Positions 40,301-52,229 of a stretch of 64,000 bases of DNA are shown here, one piece after another. The notes under the pieces were generated by a model that saw only the letters and a list, made by a program, of their open reading frames with translations, was not told where the DNA came from and ran no database searches. How positions within the stretch are numbered: the first letter of the stretch is position 1; every line of letters begins with the position of its first letter. Origin of the DNA: Octopus sinensis (taxonomy: Eukaryota); NCBI RefSeq assembly GCF_006345805.1, contig NC_043004.1:102486001-102550000 (forward strand). Reading direction: 5' to 3'. A program made the translations under genes and the position numbers.

Positions 40301-42626
40301 TTTAAATTGTAGTTGAAATATTGTTTTTGTTGTAACACTATCGAACATAGATGATGTTTCTGTTTCAACAATATCAAATGTAGATATTTTTGCTTCATGT
40401 TTGTAATATCTCTCTCTCTCTCTCTCCCTCAGTATTTATATATATACTTATCTGTGTTATTGTTATATCTTATTTGTCTCTTGTTGCAGTCACATAACTG
40501 AATAAACAAAACAGACAGAAATTATAGGTTATCTCTTGTTTTTAGAAACTAAAACCTTAATTTGGCCATGCTTCAAGTTTTTATTATTTGGCATTTGTAT
40601 CTAACTTAGACAACTTTTTCCTTTATTTTCACTACTGTAATTATATTTCAATTTCTGTTGGCAGAACTTATACCAGATAGCTGCACATTGTATTACTTAA
40701 TTTATTTTAAATTGAAGGATGGCACCTATTTTCAGCTGAGGCAGACTAAAGTTCCTTGCTTTGAGGCATAGCACAGTGCCAGATAAAGATTTCAGCATAT
40801 AATTCCATGGTCAGTAGTTTAACAGCTTCATACGCACTGCTTTACAATTAAAAAAAAATTATTGTCTTTGTTTAGTATTAACATTGGCAGTGTGGGGAAG
40901 CCTAAATATTTTCAAGATGGTGGGGGTAATTTTCCCCTTGCATGGATGCCCTGTCTTTTGCTAATTACTTGTTCGGTTGTGTACTATGAGTGAAATCTAT
41001 TGCCAGCAAGGATGGCAAGAAAAGTAGAGTAATCAGTCTTTCCTAGGCAATCTAGGTGCATGATTGGCTGTGTGGTTAAGAAAGTCACTTAACAACTGTG
41101 TTTTTTGGTTTGGCCCTATTGCACCTCAGGCAAGCCTCTTCTGCTATAGCCTGTAAATGATCAAAGACTTATGAGTGAAATTTGGTAGACAGAAACTGTA
41201 TACGAGCTATTGGAGGAAATATTTCTATTTCAGGGTGTTTTATGCAGTCTGTCACTCTGTTTAACACCACCACCTAACCTGTGGGTTCTTTTAGCGGAGT
41301 CTTGTCTATTGGGGGTAGGATTTTGGCATGAGATGTCCTTCTTTCTACTCACCAGTTGCTGAAGCCTTGGAGAGGGTTCATAGTTACTACCCCTTCCTTC
41401 CTGCCTAATCTATTAAAAAGAAAAATCTGGCTGTGCTAAGGTTAGAACTCACAACCATTGTACTTTATGCCTGAATATTGCAACATTAAACAGTTCACTA
41501 GATTTGTGTCTTTAAAGTTGATTATTGGCAAAGTTACTGGAATACTTAATGACCTTTTATTGTTTTCAGCACTCATTATTTTACTTGTCTCTCAGTCTTG
41601 AAGAAAGACTGACAGGCAGTTATTGCTTGATTACATCTACCCCTCCAACAATTTCTTTTCTTCTTTTTTTTTATTATATATATATACAAGGGGTCAGTGC
41701 ATATGTTTATTTGTCTCTGCGTGTTTGGAAATGTTTTTGTTTGTCTAAAAATATTCAATAGCTTCTTTTCATTTTGAAATGTTCCCCTATAGAAATTGCT
41801 CTCCTATTTATGAGTCCCTTGCTAGTAACATGATACAATTCTTTTCAACAACTGAAATTACTGTTGTGTGTGGAATGGGTCCTGTGATTATGTTGGTCAT
41901 AGATACTATAAACTGGAAGGACAGTGGAGAGAGTTGAGAGCAAGAAAGAAAAAATAATGAGATGGTCAAAGATTAAGTAAAAGAACCTCACTTTGTGTTC
42001 TATTTTCATTTTTTCTTTTCTTTTTTTTCCTTTTTTCACAATTCTGTTATTGTTGCGTATCATTTTTTAAAAAAATTTTTTGTGTATGTAATTGTATATT
42101 TTTCTACACTTTATCAACAATAGTTTCATACACTTTGTGTACTGTAATTATAATTATTAACATGCTGCTATTAGTGTGAGGTAACTAAATAATCATTACT
42201 TCACTATAGTACTTCAGAACTTGATCTAGTTAAAATCATACACTTTTTTTTTTAACCCCTTTGCCAGTCCAAAACGTTTCTATAAGTTTGTGCTGAATGT
42301 TCATGCTTGTTTTACTGACTTTTAATTAGCCCTTGTTTCATACTTTCTACGTAATATAAAGCTTTCCTTTCGAAAATTCCAAGGTACTCTGGTGGTTGAA
42401 AAAGATTGGGAATATGTATCATATACATAGTTTCCAGGGAAATATGTCCTGTATATCATATGGGATATACAGGATAAGCATAGGGTTAAACAACAATAAA
42501 ATTGTTCTATAAATAAGATTTAAATATTTCATCAATGTACAATAGTTACCTAACTTTTGTCTGAAATATTGTCTTATTGTTGATCCTTCTACTAACGTGA
42601 TTTTACTTTATATAATCTTATTCAGT

Positions 42627-42895
42627 ACCGCATCGACTGGCCTCCGTGCTGGTGGCACGTAAAAAACACCATCCGAGCGTGGCCGTTCGCCAGCCTCGTC
42701 TGGCACTTGTGTCGGTGGCACATAAAAAGCACCCACTACACTCACGGAGTGGTTGGCGTTAGGAAGGGCATCAAGCTGTAGAAACACTGCCAGATCTGAC
42801 TGGCCTGGTGCAGCCTTCGGGCTTCCCAGACCCCAGTTGAACCGTCCAACCCATGCTAGCATGGAAAGTGGATGTTAAACGATGATGATGATGAT
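42627..42895 (+). mobile_element. RTE LINE 3' UTR fragment (two units)
   Basis: Same UTR motifs and (GAT)n tail. Confidence 0.9.
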
Positions 42896-43872
42896 TTCAA
42901 CTAATTCAAGCATTTAATTTTAACATGTTGTTGTTTATGTCCATCATATACAATGTTAAAGCACTTGCAAAAATAGCAGATTCTGTGCCTCTACAAGAGG
43001 ACCAGTGTGCTATTATGCTGGATGCTACTCAGCTATTATGTTAAGAGAACACTGTATCAGGGAGGCCCTGTTGGAAGGTATTGTGTTAGTATGTCGGGTG
43101 CTTCTATGTCAGGAAATACTGTTATGGCCTGTGTTAGAAGTCACTTTGTTTCTAAGACATATTTTACAATTCGAACAACTTCAGTCTTTTAAGAATACTC
43201 TAATCTCTGTGTGTAGCAATGTTTGTTATAGGATCTTTATTGTGTTACATTAAACCTGCCTAAGTGTTGGGTAACATTCTCTTCGGTACAAGTTTAGATA
43301 GCAAGAATATCTCTCTTGTTCTTACATAGTATAATCTATCTGATATGTAAGACAAACATACATATACACATCATACATACATACATACACAAACACCTAA
43401 TTAGAGACTGATCTTTAAAAACTTTGATCACCAACCATCAAGAGTTTAAGTTTTAGAGAGAGAAAAAAATGTAGCATGGTCTTTATTGCTAGGCATACAG
43501 TTTCCAGGGGGTAGGGGTAGCTATTTTGATCTGATTTCTCACATCTAGCTGTTTTAAATGCAATTGCCTGTAGTAGGACTGGTAAATAACATAGGGCAAT
43601 GATGTAAGAAGAGAAATCTCATTTTTGTGATGATGCACTTATTCTAAAGCATGAAACAATTGTTTGTTTTTTTTACCCTCTTTTTTTTTTTTATTTCCTA
43701 AGATGACTGTTGAAGAATCATTTTATCTCTTTTACTGCTATTTCTGGTTCTTAGTAATTTTTACACTCTGTATTGCTCTTATAATACTATTTGATGCTAA
43801 TAGCTCGTTGAGAATCACTGCCATTCAGTGGTGAATTTGCATTTACATGTATTTAACATAATAAACTCTTTA

Positions 43873-43914
<42 letters not shown>

Positions 43915-44399
43915 TGTGTGTGTGGTAACTACTGTTTCTTTTCTTTTCAATATCTTTTCCCAGACCTGAATTAAAATATTAGGATTGAAAATTAATTCAA
44001 CTATCATCCATGGCTATTTTTCACTTATTTCTTTTCCTTCTTTAATTCCACGAACCTCTTTTTCTTTTTATTTGAATCATTCTTTACTGCGTCACCCCTC
44101 ACCCCCCACACACTTGTCCCCCCTCCAACTGTCAGTAGTTCTGCTATCTCTTTTAATTTGTTTAACCTTTCCCCTCCCTTCTATCATTTTCATCTATTTC
44201 TAATCTTTATTATTGATTCCTTATTCAGATTCCAATAAAGAAAAATACACATAAGCTCTATGGCAGGAAGTATTTCCAAGTAGAAAGTACAAAAGCCATA
44301 TGGAATTTGATTCATTTCTCTGTCCAACTTACATTTTCTTGTATCACATTTATTTATTTATTCCATTTTATTATTGTTGTTGTTGTTATTATTATTATT

Positions 44400-46050
44400 A
44401 TTTTCATAAAAGACAGAATCTTTGTAAAACAAAACACTTTAAACTTCCGTTGTTTTGCTTGTTCTTTGATGGTTTCCTTCCTTCATCTTGTGTGCGTGAC
44501 CGAACATGCATGCTTGCATGTGTAATTGAGCTGAAATGTTGTCTAAAAAATGCAAAGAAATGAAAATAAGACAGAAAAAAATAAGTAAATAAATAAAATG
44601 AAATAGAAACAAACAAAAGAAAATACAAGTAAAGCAAAGATAAAATTCTCTTTAGACAACTCTTTTCTCATTTACACATGGATATGCGAATGGCTTGCAC
44701 TAGTTTTGGACATAATATCAGGCACAATCACTGTTTGTGTATACATCTATTGACACATTGCTTTCCTTCCTTCCTTTGCTATGTACATACAAAGACATCG
44801 ATTCCTTACGGTGGTATGTGCATATATGCATTTATAAATTCTACATTTCTTGTATTGCTAAAGAAAAACTGAAACCAGCTTCGCAAGTATTGAATGAAAG
44901 CAGCTATGAAAGATGAAATGGCACGAAATAAATTCAAGCAGAAAATGTTTGAATGATATAAGTGAGAGAATTGATAAAGAGAAGAAGGCAATGATATATA
45001 TATGGGTGGTTGTGAGGGATGATGGTGAAAGATGAAGAGATGGAACAATGTTTAAAATAATAAATAGAACATTGTTTGGGTTCCTTTTTTTTCTTTCCTT
45101 TTTTTTTTTATGTTTCTCTTGCTTTCCTTCTTTCATCCATCCCACCCCTCCTTCTCTCTTTCTGAAACAAGTTTATCTATGAAATAGAATAGAATAAGAG
45201 TCAAAATACAGGAGAGAAGGGACAATAATTGATGAATTGAAAAATAAAAATAAATCATATTGAGAAAAAAAAAAGATAGAAAAAAATATAGAAAGATCAT
45301 CCTCCCACAAATAAATAAATAAATCTTAGCTGATGATTATAACTGTACACAGGGTAGAGGATGTCTAGTCTATAATGGCAGTTAATGGAGGTGTGTGTGT
45401 GTGTGTGTGTGTGTCCACTTAATTAAGTTAGGCAGCAGATAGGCTGATAATACTTCCTAACACAACTTGGAACTAAATTCAAAAGATCAAAGTAACTTAA
45501 CAAACAAAGAAACAGGCAAAAGGCAAAAAACTACCAACAGTAAAAACAATGGCAGCAAAATCTATGGTCATTTTACTTTCATGAATGCTATAAAAATGTA
45601 GAGATTTTTCTATCTTTATCATCAGCACCATGTGTTGTTGTTTTGCTTTTTGTTTTTTTAAGTCAATGCAGTTGTGTGGTGGCTGTCAAGTCATCATCAC
45701 CTCATCAGGGATAAGTGATAGCAAAGAACTGCAGGTAAAACTGATTGCCTTCGCGTGCCATCTGATTTAAATGGTTTATTGGTGTTGCAGAATTGATTGT
45801 TCACGGAAATGTCCTGTGAAAAGGTTGTTGTTGTTAAACACAAACTCTTGTTTGTTTGGCCAGGGGGGGTTTGGATGAGGTGCATGTTGTCAGCACGGAT
45901 ATTTCATGTTCTCTTTTTGGATAATCCAGATATCGAGTGTGTTTTCTTCACATTAACATCGTCTGCAATTTACCATTACTCGCATAGTATAGCATTAGAC
46001 ACGCCTGATTAATCCATACGACCAATGGATCTACTGCGATGCTTGTAAGC
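44400..46050 (+). promoter_or_regulatory. Possible promoter / first-exon region
   Basis: Non-repetitive sequence retaining many CpGs, ending in ATG GAT CTA CTG CGA TGC TT|GTAAGC (46025-46044). Inference only. Confidence 0.2.
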
Positions 46051-46681
46051 TAACCCCTCCTTTCCATCCCCCCTCTCTCTCTCTGTCTCCACACACACAC
46101 ACACATGCATACATATCCATTACCCGCCCTTTCCTCTGAAAGCTATGACCTCTGACTGATAAGAGAATCTCTGATGGTAGGAATCACTACTCACAAAATA
46201 ACTATTTATCTGATTCAATAATTAATGAGATGCATTGTGAAAAGGGGGGCGTCAGCAATATTGATTGCTATCTCTATACTTCACTAGTTCTTTTTTTTCT
46301 CAGCACTTCATCCCCATCTCTCATTCCGATTTTTCTCTAAGCCAGATATATCTATATCAGCAGATTTATCTCATTGACTTGGTGCTGCTACTTTTCCTTC
46401 CCACTTCGGTTCAAATTCCACTACTGCCTATGTAGTGGCTCTCAGCAGCTGGATATATCAGTGATGTTAGTGAAGATGGGCGATGAAATTTGATGTTAGC
46501 AAGTTAAGCTACCACAATTTGTGCATTGTTCTTTATGGTGACTCCAGTAATCACCCATCTCTCTATCACTATGTAGTGGATTCTGAATAGTTGTAAAATG
46601 AAACATCATGAAATGGTGTGATACCCTTGAGACTGTTTCTATAATTTTTATCAGTTAAAAAATATATATAATTGTACACAC

Positions 46682-46843
46682 ACAGGAGTGGTTGTGTGGT
46701 AAGTAGCTTGCTTACCAGCCACATGGTTCCAGGTTCAGTTCCACTGCGTGGCACCTTAAGTAAGTGTCTTCTACTATAGCCTCAGGCCGACCAAAGCCTT
46801 GTGAGTGGATTTGGTAAACAGAAACTGAAAGAAGCCCGTCATG

Positions 46844-46886
<43 letters not shown>

Positions 46887-47090
46887 TTGTCCCCCAACAT
46901 CGCTTAACAACCGATGCTGGTGTGTTTACATCCCCATAACTTAGTGGTTCGGCAAAAGAAACTGATAGAATAAGTACTAGGCTTCCAAAGAATAAGTCCT
47001 GGAGTCGATTTGCTCGACTAAAGGTGGTGCTCCAGCATGGCCGCAGTCAAATGACTGAAACAAGCAAAAGAGTAAAAGAGAGTAAGAGTA
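46682..47090 (+). mobile_element. SINE family A, full length
   Basis: Colinear with 5258-5643. Confidence 0.9.
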
Positions 47091-47102
47091 CACACACACA
47101 CA

Positions 47103-47770
47103 CTTTTTTTTCTTGTTTTAGTCATTAGGCTGCAGCTATGCTGGGCACAATCTTGAAGACTTTTCAGCCAAATGAATTGAGCCCAATATTTTTTTTTTAT
47201 TATAAGACTGGTACTTATTCTATGAGTCACTTTTTGCCAAACTTCTAAGTTACAGGGACATAAACATATCAACACCAGTTGACAGGCTTCTTTCAGTTTC
47301 TGTCTACTAAATCCACTTGCATGGCCTTGGTCAGCCTAAGGCTATAGCAGGAGACACTTGCCAATGTGCTGCACACTGGGACTGACTCTGGAACCATGTG
47401 GTTGGGAAGCAAGTTTCTTTTACTTGTTTCAGTCATTTGACTGCAGCCATGCTGGAGCACTGCCTTTAGTTGAGCAAATCACCCCAGGACTTATTCTTTG
47501 TAAGCCTAGTACTCATTCTACCAGTCTCTTTTGCTGAACCAGCATCAGTTGTCAAGCGATGTTGGGGGGCCAAATGTAGACACACAAACACACACGCCCA
47601 TACATATGACGGGTTTCTTTCAGTTTCTGTCTACCATATCCACTCACAAGGCTTTGGTCGGACCAAGGTTGTAGTAGAAGACACTTGCCCTAGATGCCAT
47701 GCAGTGGGACTGAGCCCAGAGCCATGTGGTTGGTAAGTAAGGTACTTACCACACAGCCACTCCTACACCT
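47103..47770 (-). mobile_element. Two tandem SINE family A copies (47103-47412 and 47416-47770), each with internal deletions
   Basis: Two successive reverse-complement SINE tail-to-head series. Confidence 0.8.
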
Positions 47771-48128
47771 ATATATATATATTTGCTTGAAACAAATGGA
47801 GAGAAATAGCTAAAGAACTCAGTTCATTGCTTAACAACAATGCTTGGACACAGTTCTTGTGAACCAGTAATCCAGCAACTATCTCTCTTTACAAACTGTA
47901 TCTACTCACACTGTTGAATTATAACCATTACCTTATGGTGTCTTGTTCATCTGCTGGAATAAATTAATTTTCTGCCCTAGTTAATGAGTCTTTTCTTCTG
48001 TTAGAAACATCAGCTCAATCTTCCTCATATTGCACCTTATCTTTTGATATTAACCCGCCTGAAACCACCCTTGTTTCTTTGTTACAAATTCTGTTTTTAA
48101 GGTGAGCTAAATTAAAACTTTCTATTAA

Positions 48129-48348
48129 CCCTTTCGTTACCAACCCGGCTGAAACCGACTCTGGCTCTGAGTACAAATGTCTTGTTTTCATAAGTTTTGA
48201 ATTAAAATCTTCCACCAAGCCTTAGTCACAATTTATGTTCCTATCACTAGCTTCATGATAACTAAGTTATTGTACTAAATTCTTTATTATATTTAAAGTA
48301 ATTGAAAGAAATACGGTGCATCTCAAAATACATACAGTAACGAAAGGG
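48129..48348. mobile_element. piggyBac-like MITE
   Basis: TTAA|CCCTTTCGTTAC ... GTAACGAAAGGG|TTAA: perfect 12-bp TIRs, TTAA duplication and CCC start. A truncated relative lies just upstream (~48040-48120). Confidence 0.9.
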
Positions 48349-48762
48349 TTAAGATTTCATTTTGATATGTGTTCCAGACACCAGCTTAATAATGAGTTAT
48401 TTTTATTGCATTCTTCATTATTTGCAAAATTAAGTGAAACAAAGTCAATGCATGCTGACAGGGTTTTGATAACAAAAGAGTTAAGAAAAGATGGGAGAAA
48501 GACTTATTAGATGATATAGTCCTAGATAGCCCTAAAAGGATGAGATGGTCATGGATTAAATGCACCAGATCATATGTCTGCTTGATCAGGGCTGTTTTGG
48601 CCAAATAGCTAATTTTGTGTTAATGGTTCTCTTCTATTATCAGGTGATAAATATTGCTGAAGATAACAATTTTAACATTTTGATACTTTCTCTAGTTTGC
48701 TTCTCTTCTAACTTTATTACTGATGGAAATTATCTTATTTCATTTCTTTTTCTCTGTCTGTT

Positions 48763-48814
<52 letters not shown>

Positions 48815-48910
48815 ATTTCTACACAAAAGCACTTCTTTTCAAAGATGGTAAATTCAGTTTCTTTTTAATTGCTTTTTATCTTATTTTATTTTATTCTGTC
48901 TTATTACCAG

Positions 48911-48925
48911 GCTAATATTTCAGAG
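48911..48925 (+). CDS. Candidate 15-nt microexon
   Basis: Long T-rich tract, ACCAG|GCTAATATTTCAGAG|GTGACT. Phase-0 translation ANISE. Confidence 0.25.
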
Positions 48926-50989
48926 GTGACTATTTCTTTCTTAATCACTGCTAAACTACATGCTTTGGCCTCGCATATCTAAACAACTCTCTGACCTTTT
49001 ATCATTTTAGATTGTTCAAATGAACTGGCTACTATGATAGGTTGTCTATAGATGTGGCTTCACAGTCTATGGCTCTCTATGGCATTAGGCTTTGATTATA
49101 GCAATCGCTGAGTGGACAGTAATATATTCTCTTTATTTTGCAATATTGTTATACTACAAATGGCCATTATTGCCCAAAATTGGTCAAGTGTACTACAATA
49201 TATTCCATCATTGTCTTTTTATGATGCTGAATCCTGGCACACTCTTCACTTGGTTGGGTTGTTTGTTTTTTTTTCCCTTTTTTGCTCTTTTGTCTTTTGT
49301 TCTTGATCCAGTGGGGGACAGTGATGTAAATGTTAGCAACTATTTGCATGATATTATTTGGTCAGCGTTGTGTTAATTCCTAATCATTTCTGGATAATAA
49401 ATCATAGACTCACTCTACTATCAGGCATCACTTTGACTCTCCCATAAGGATAATTGCTCATTCATTCATTCTTCTCTCTCTCCCTCTCTCTCTCTCCCCA
49501 AATGCCCGACCATGTGTCATAGATTTTCTTTCCATGAAGATGATTGCTGTTCATATGCAATGACACTTTCGTCAAAATAGTGGCACAATTTATATCCAAG
49601 ATGTCATCTATCGCAGTCTATAAAAAATTCGTTGAAATGTTTTCACTCTCTCTTTCTCTCCCTCCCTCCCTCTCTCTCTCTCTCATTTGCTTCATTTTTG
49701 TCATTTCCTTTTTTTTTTATATATATATATAACTCCTTTCTTTTTTCTTAGGCTGTATACATATACAACAGTGAGAAACTTGCTAAGATGACCTCTCAGT
49801 GGAGTTTTAACATTTAGCCATTGATGTTTCCCTACTCACACATCTGCTTAATTTTTAACTATTTATCTCTCGTGGCAGCAGATGACATACTTGCTACTTC
49901 AGATTCTACAAATTATGAATACTGTTTAAAGAGAGAGAGAGAGAGAGTTTGAGGAAACATGTACATCTGTAATTAGTACAGTGTTTCTTGTTAGTGAGCC
50001 TGTCAGGATTGAGAAGTGATGGGCACACAAATTGCCATATTTGATAAAGTTAAGTTGGTTTTAAACTTTTAAATTTGTTCAACACCCATTCAATGGCAAT
50101 AAAATAAGAGTTATATGGATAGTAAAAAAAAAACAACTTTATTTTGTCTCTCATTAATAAAGAATTGGAAGAGGAGGAGGCAAAAAATTCTCTAACATTT
50201 GGGTAGTGTGAGGTCAGGTGGGAGTAAACTGGTATTTGTCAGTTTGAGGAGGATCACCAAATTTTTATGTGGTTTGATAGTTTTGACTGTTTAGTAATCA
50301 GTAAAAGATTTACCTAAATTTGTTCTCATTGCTGCTGTTTGATTTGTACATAGAACAAATTAACTATTTCTCCTCTCTATCACCTCTTTCACACACACTC
50401 ATATATGCAAGTGTAATAGTGTGTGTGTGTGCGTGTGTAACATGTCTGCATGCATGTAAAATTACTCCAATAAATTTAAGCTCTGTGTGTCTTGTGTGTT
50501 CAGTCTGTATGTGTTGTTTGGTGAATTCTTATGCATTATTCATGATAATTTGCGCTTAAAAAAAATGTAGTCTTTTCAATGACTTGTCTGACCTAATCTT
50601 AGCAGATTAACAAGGAAACTGGGATTAAGAGAGAGGAAGTTCCTCTAATAGTTGTTTGTCTACCTCATTCAACCACACCTGTATTTACGATTTTTGTGTG
50701 CTTTTATTGCTTTTTAGCCAATTTGTCTGACTATTGTCAGTTTATATTGCTGCTATTCACTAACCTGTAAAATTAAAATGGTTGTATTTATTAAGAGATC
50801 AAGTCACAACGATGTGTATAAAGGAGTGAACATTCTGTTTATGTCTGTATTTTCTCACTTGTTCATTGTGTTAATTCATACTAGCTTCATAATTGTATTC
50901 CTTCTTAGCTCTAGACTACAGGTGTTTGCACACGTGGGTGTACAGAGTAGTTTTTAGTGGCATATATTCTTGATGCACTTCTTAAGGAT

Positions 50990-51450
50990 GCACACCCATC
51001 AGATCCCAAGTGAAGTCCACAATGGAGTATTGCTCTCATATCTGTGAAGGTACTGATGCATGCACAGACATTCTAGACTTCATCTAGAAAAGAGCTACTC
51101 AGCTGATTAGATTGAAGTCATAAAGTCTTGCTAAGATATGCTCCAAGCTTCTGGTCCACAGGCATGGCTCCTTCTCTCTCTGCCTCTTTTGTTTTTCTTT
51201 TTCCCCACATACTATAATGGCTTCTGCTCCTTAGTACTGTGTCAGCTGGGCATGTGAAAACATATGCCACCTTCACTCAGGCATTCTTGACTCACTCATT
51301 CTTTATTTTTACTACTCTTGGCTCCATACCAATCTCTACAGTCAGTCCTTCCTTCCCTGAATGTTGGCCTTCCGAAATTCCATTCCTGTTCATGCCTTTT
51401 CCACAGATGTAAAGGAACTTCTACCAGTGCCCTGTGGGATGAAAAGTAGT
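50990..51450 (+). mobile_element. Old LINE RT C-terminal remnant (CR1/L2/Jockey-like group)
   Basis: STMEYCSHICEGT...DILDFI*KRATQLIR from 51016 resembles the MEYCSHIW...LDRIQKRA motif of these elements. Confidence 0.6.
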
Positions 51451-51848
51451 CAACCCTTGTAGGATTTGAACCCTAAATGTACTGGACGTAACTAAATACC
51501 GTAAAACATTTTGTTCTCTGCTCCACTGAGTCTACCATTTATTGTTCTCTGCTAATTGTTATGATTTATAACTTTAGTACAAGCCACAGATTTTAAGGGA
51601 GAGCTATAGTGAATTTAATTGACTCAGTACTTGAATGAAACAAATTTTATTCAATCCAAAAGAAATAAAAGCAAGTCAAGGGCTTTGCATGGAGAATTTA
51701 CAGACATTATTTCCAATGTTTTTGCATGAATGGGTCAAAAGACTCTGTCATTTTTGGTGATGTGTGTGTGTGTGTGTAGAAGAGTTAGTGTCGTTGAAAG
51801 AGTTACAGTGTTTCTTGTTTCTTTTACTGTTAGATTGAGGCATTGCTA

Positions 51849-52220
51849 GGTGCAGGTGTGTCTATGTGGTCAGAAGTTTACTTCCCAATGACATGGCATC
51901 TTGCCTATGACAAGTGTTGCAAGGGGATTTGGTGGACAGAAACTGCAAAAGCCCTTTGTGTTTATCTATCTGTGTGTGTGTATGTATATATATAAGCACC
52001 AACCGATCGTGGCCGTTGCCAGCCTCGCCTGGCACCTGTGCTAGTGGCACGTAAAAAGCACCTACTACACTCACGGAGCAGTTGGCGTTAGGAAGAGCAT
52101 CCAGCTGTAGAAACACTGCCAGATCAGACTGGAGCCTGGTGCAGCCTCCTGGCTTCTCAGACCCTGGTTGAACCGTCCAACCTATGCTAGAATGGAAAAC
52201 AGACATTAAACGATGATGAT
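51849..52220 (+). mobile_element. SINE A 5' part followed by RTE 3' UTR fragment
   Basis: SINE head 51849-51985, then RTE UTR 51996-52220 with (GAT)n tail. Confidence 0.8.
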
Positions 52221-52229
52221 ATATATATA

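Noticed and set aside
41353-41365. Minus-strand 13-nt microexon-like segment
   Set aside because: Isolated, not frame-preserving and expected by chance in 64 kb.
45697-46012. Overlapping 62-71-aa ORFs on both strands
   Set aside because: No recognisable domain and length within chance expectation. The region is retained only as a regulatory candidate.
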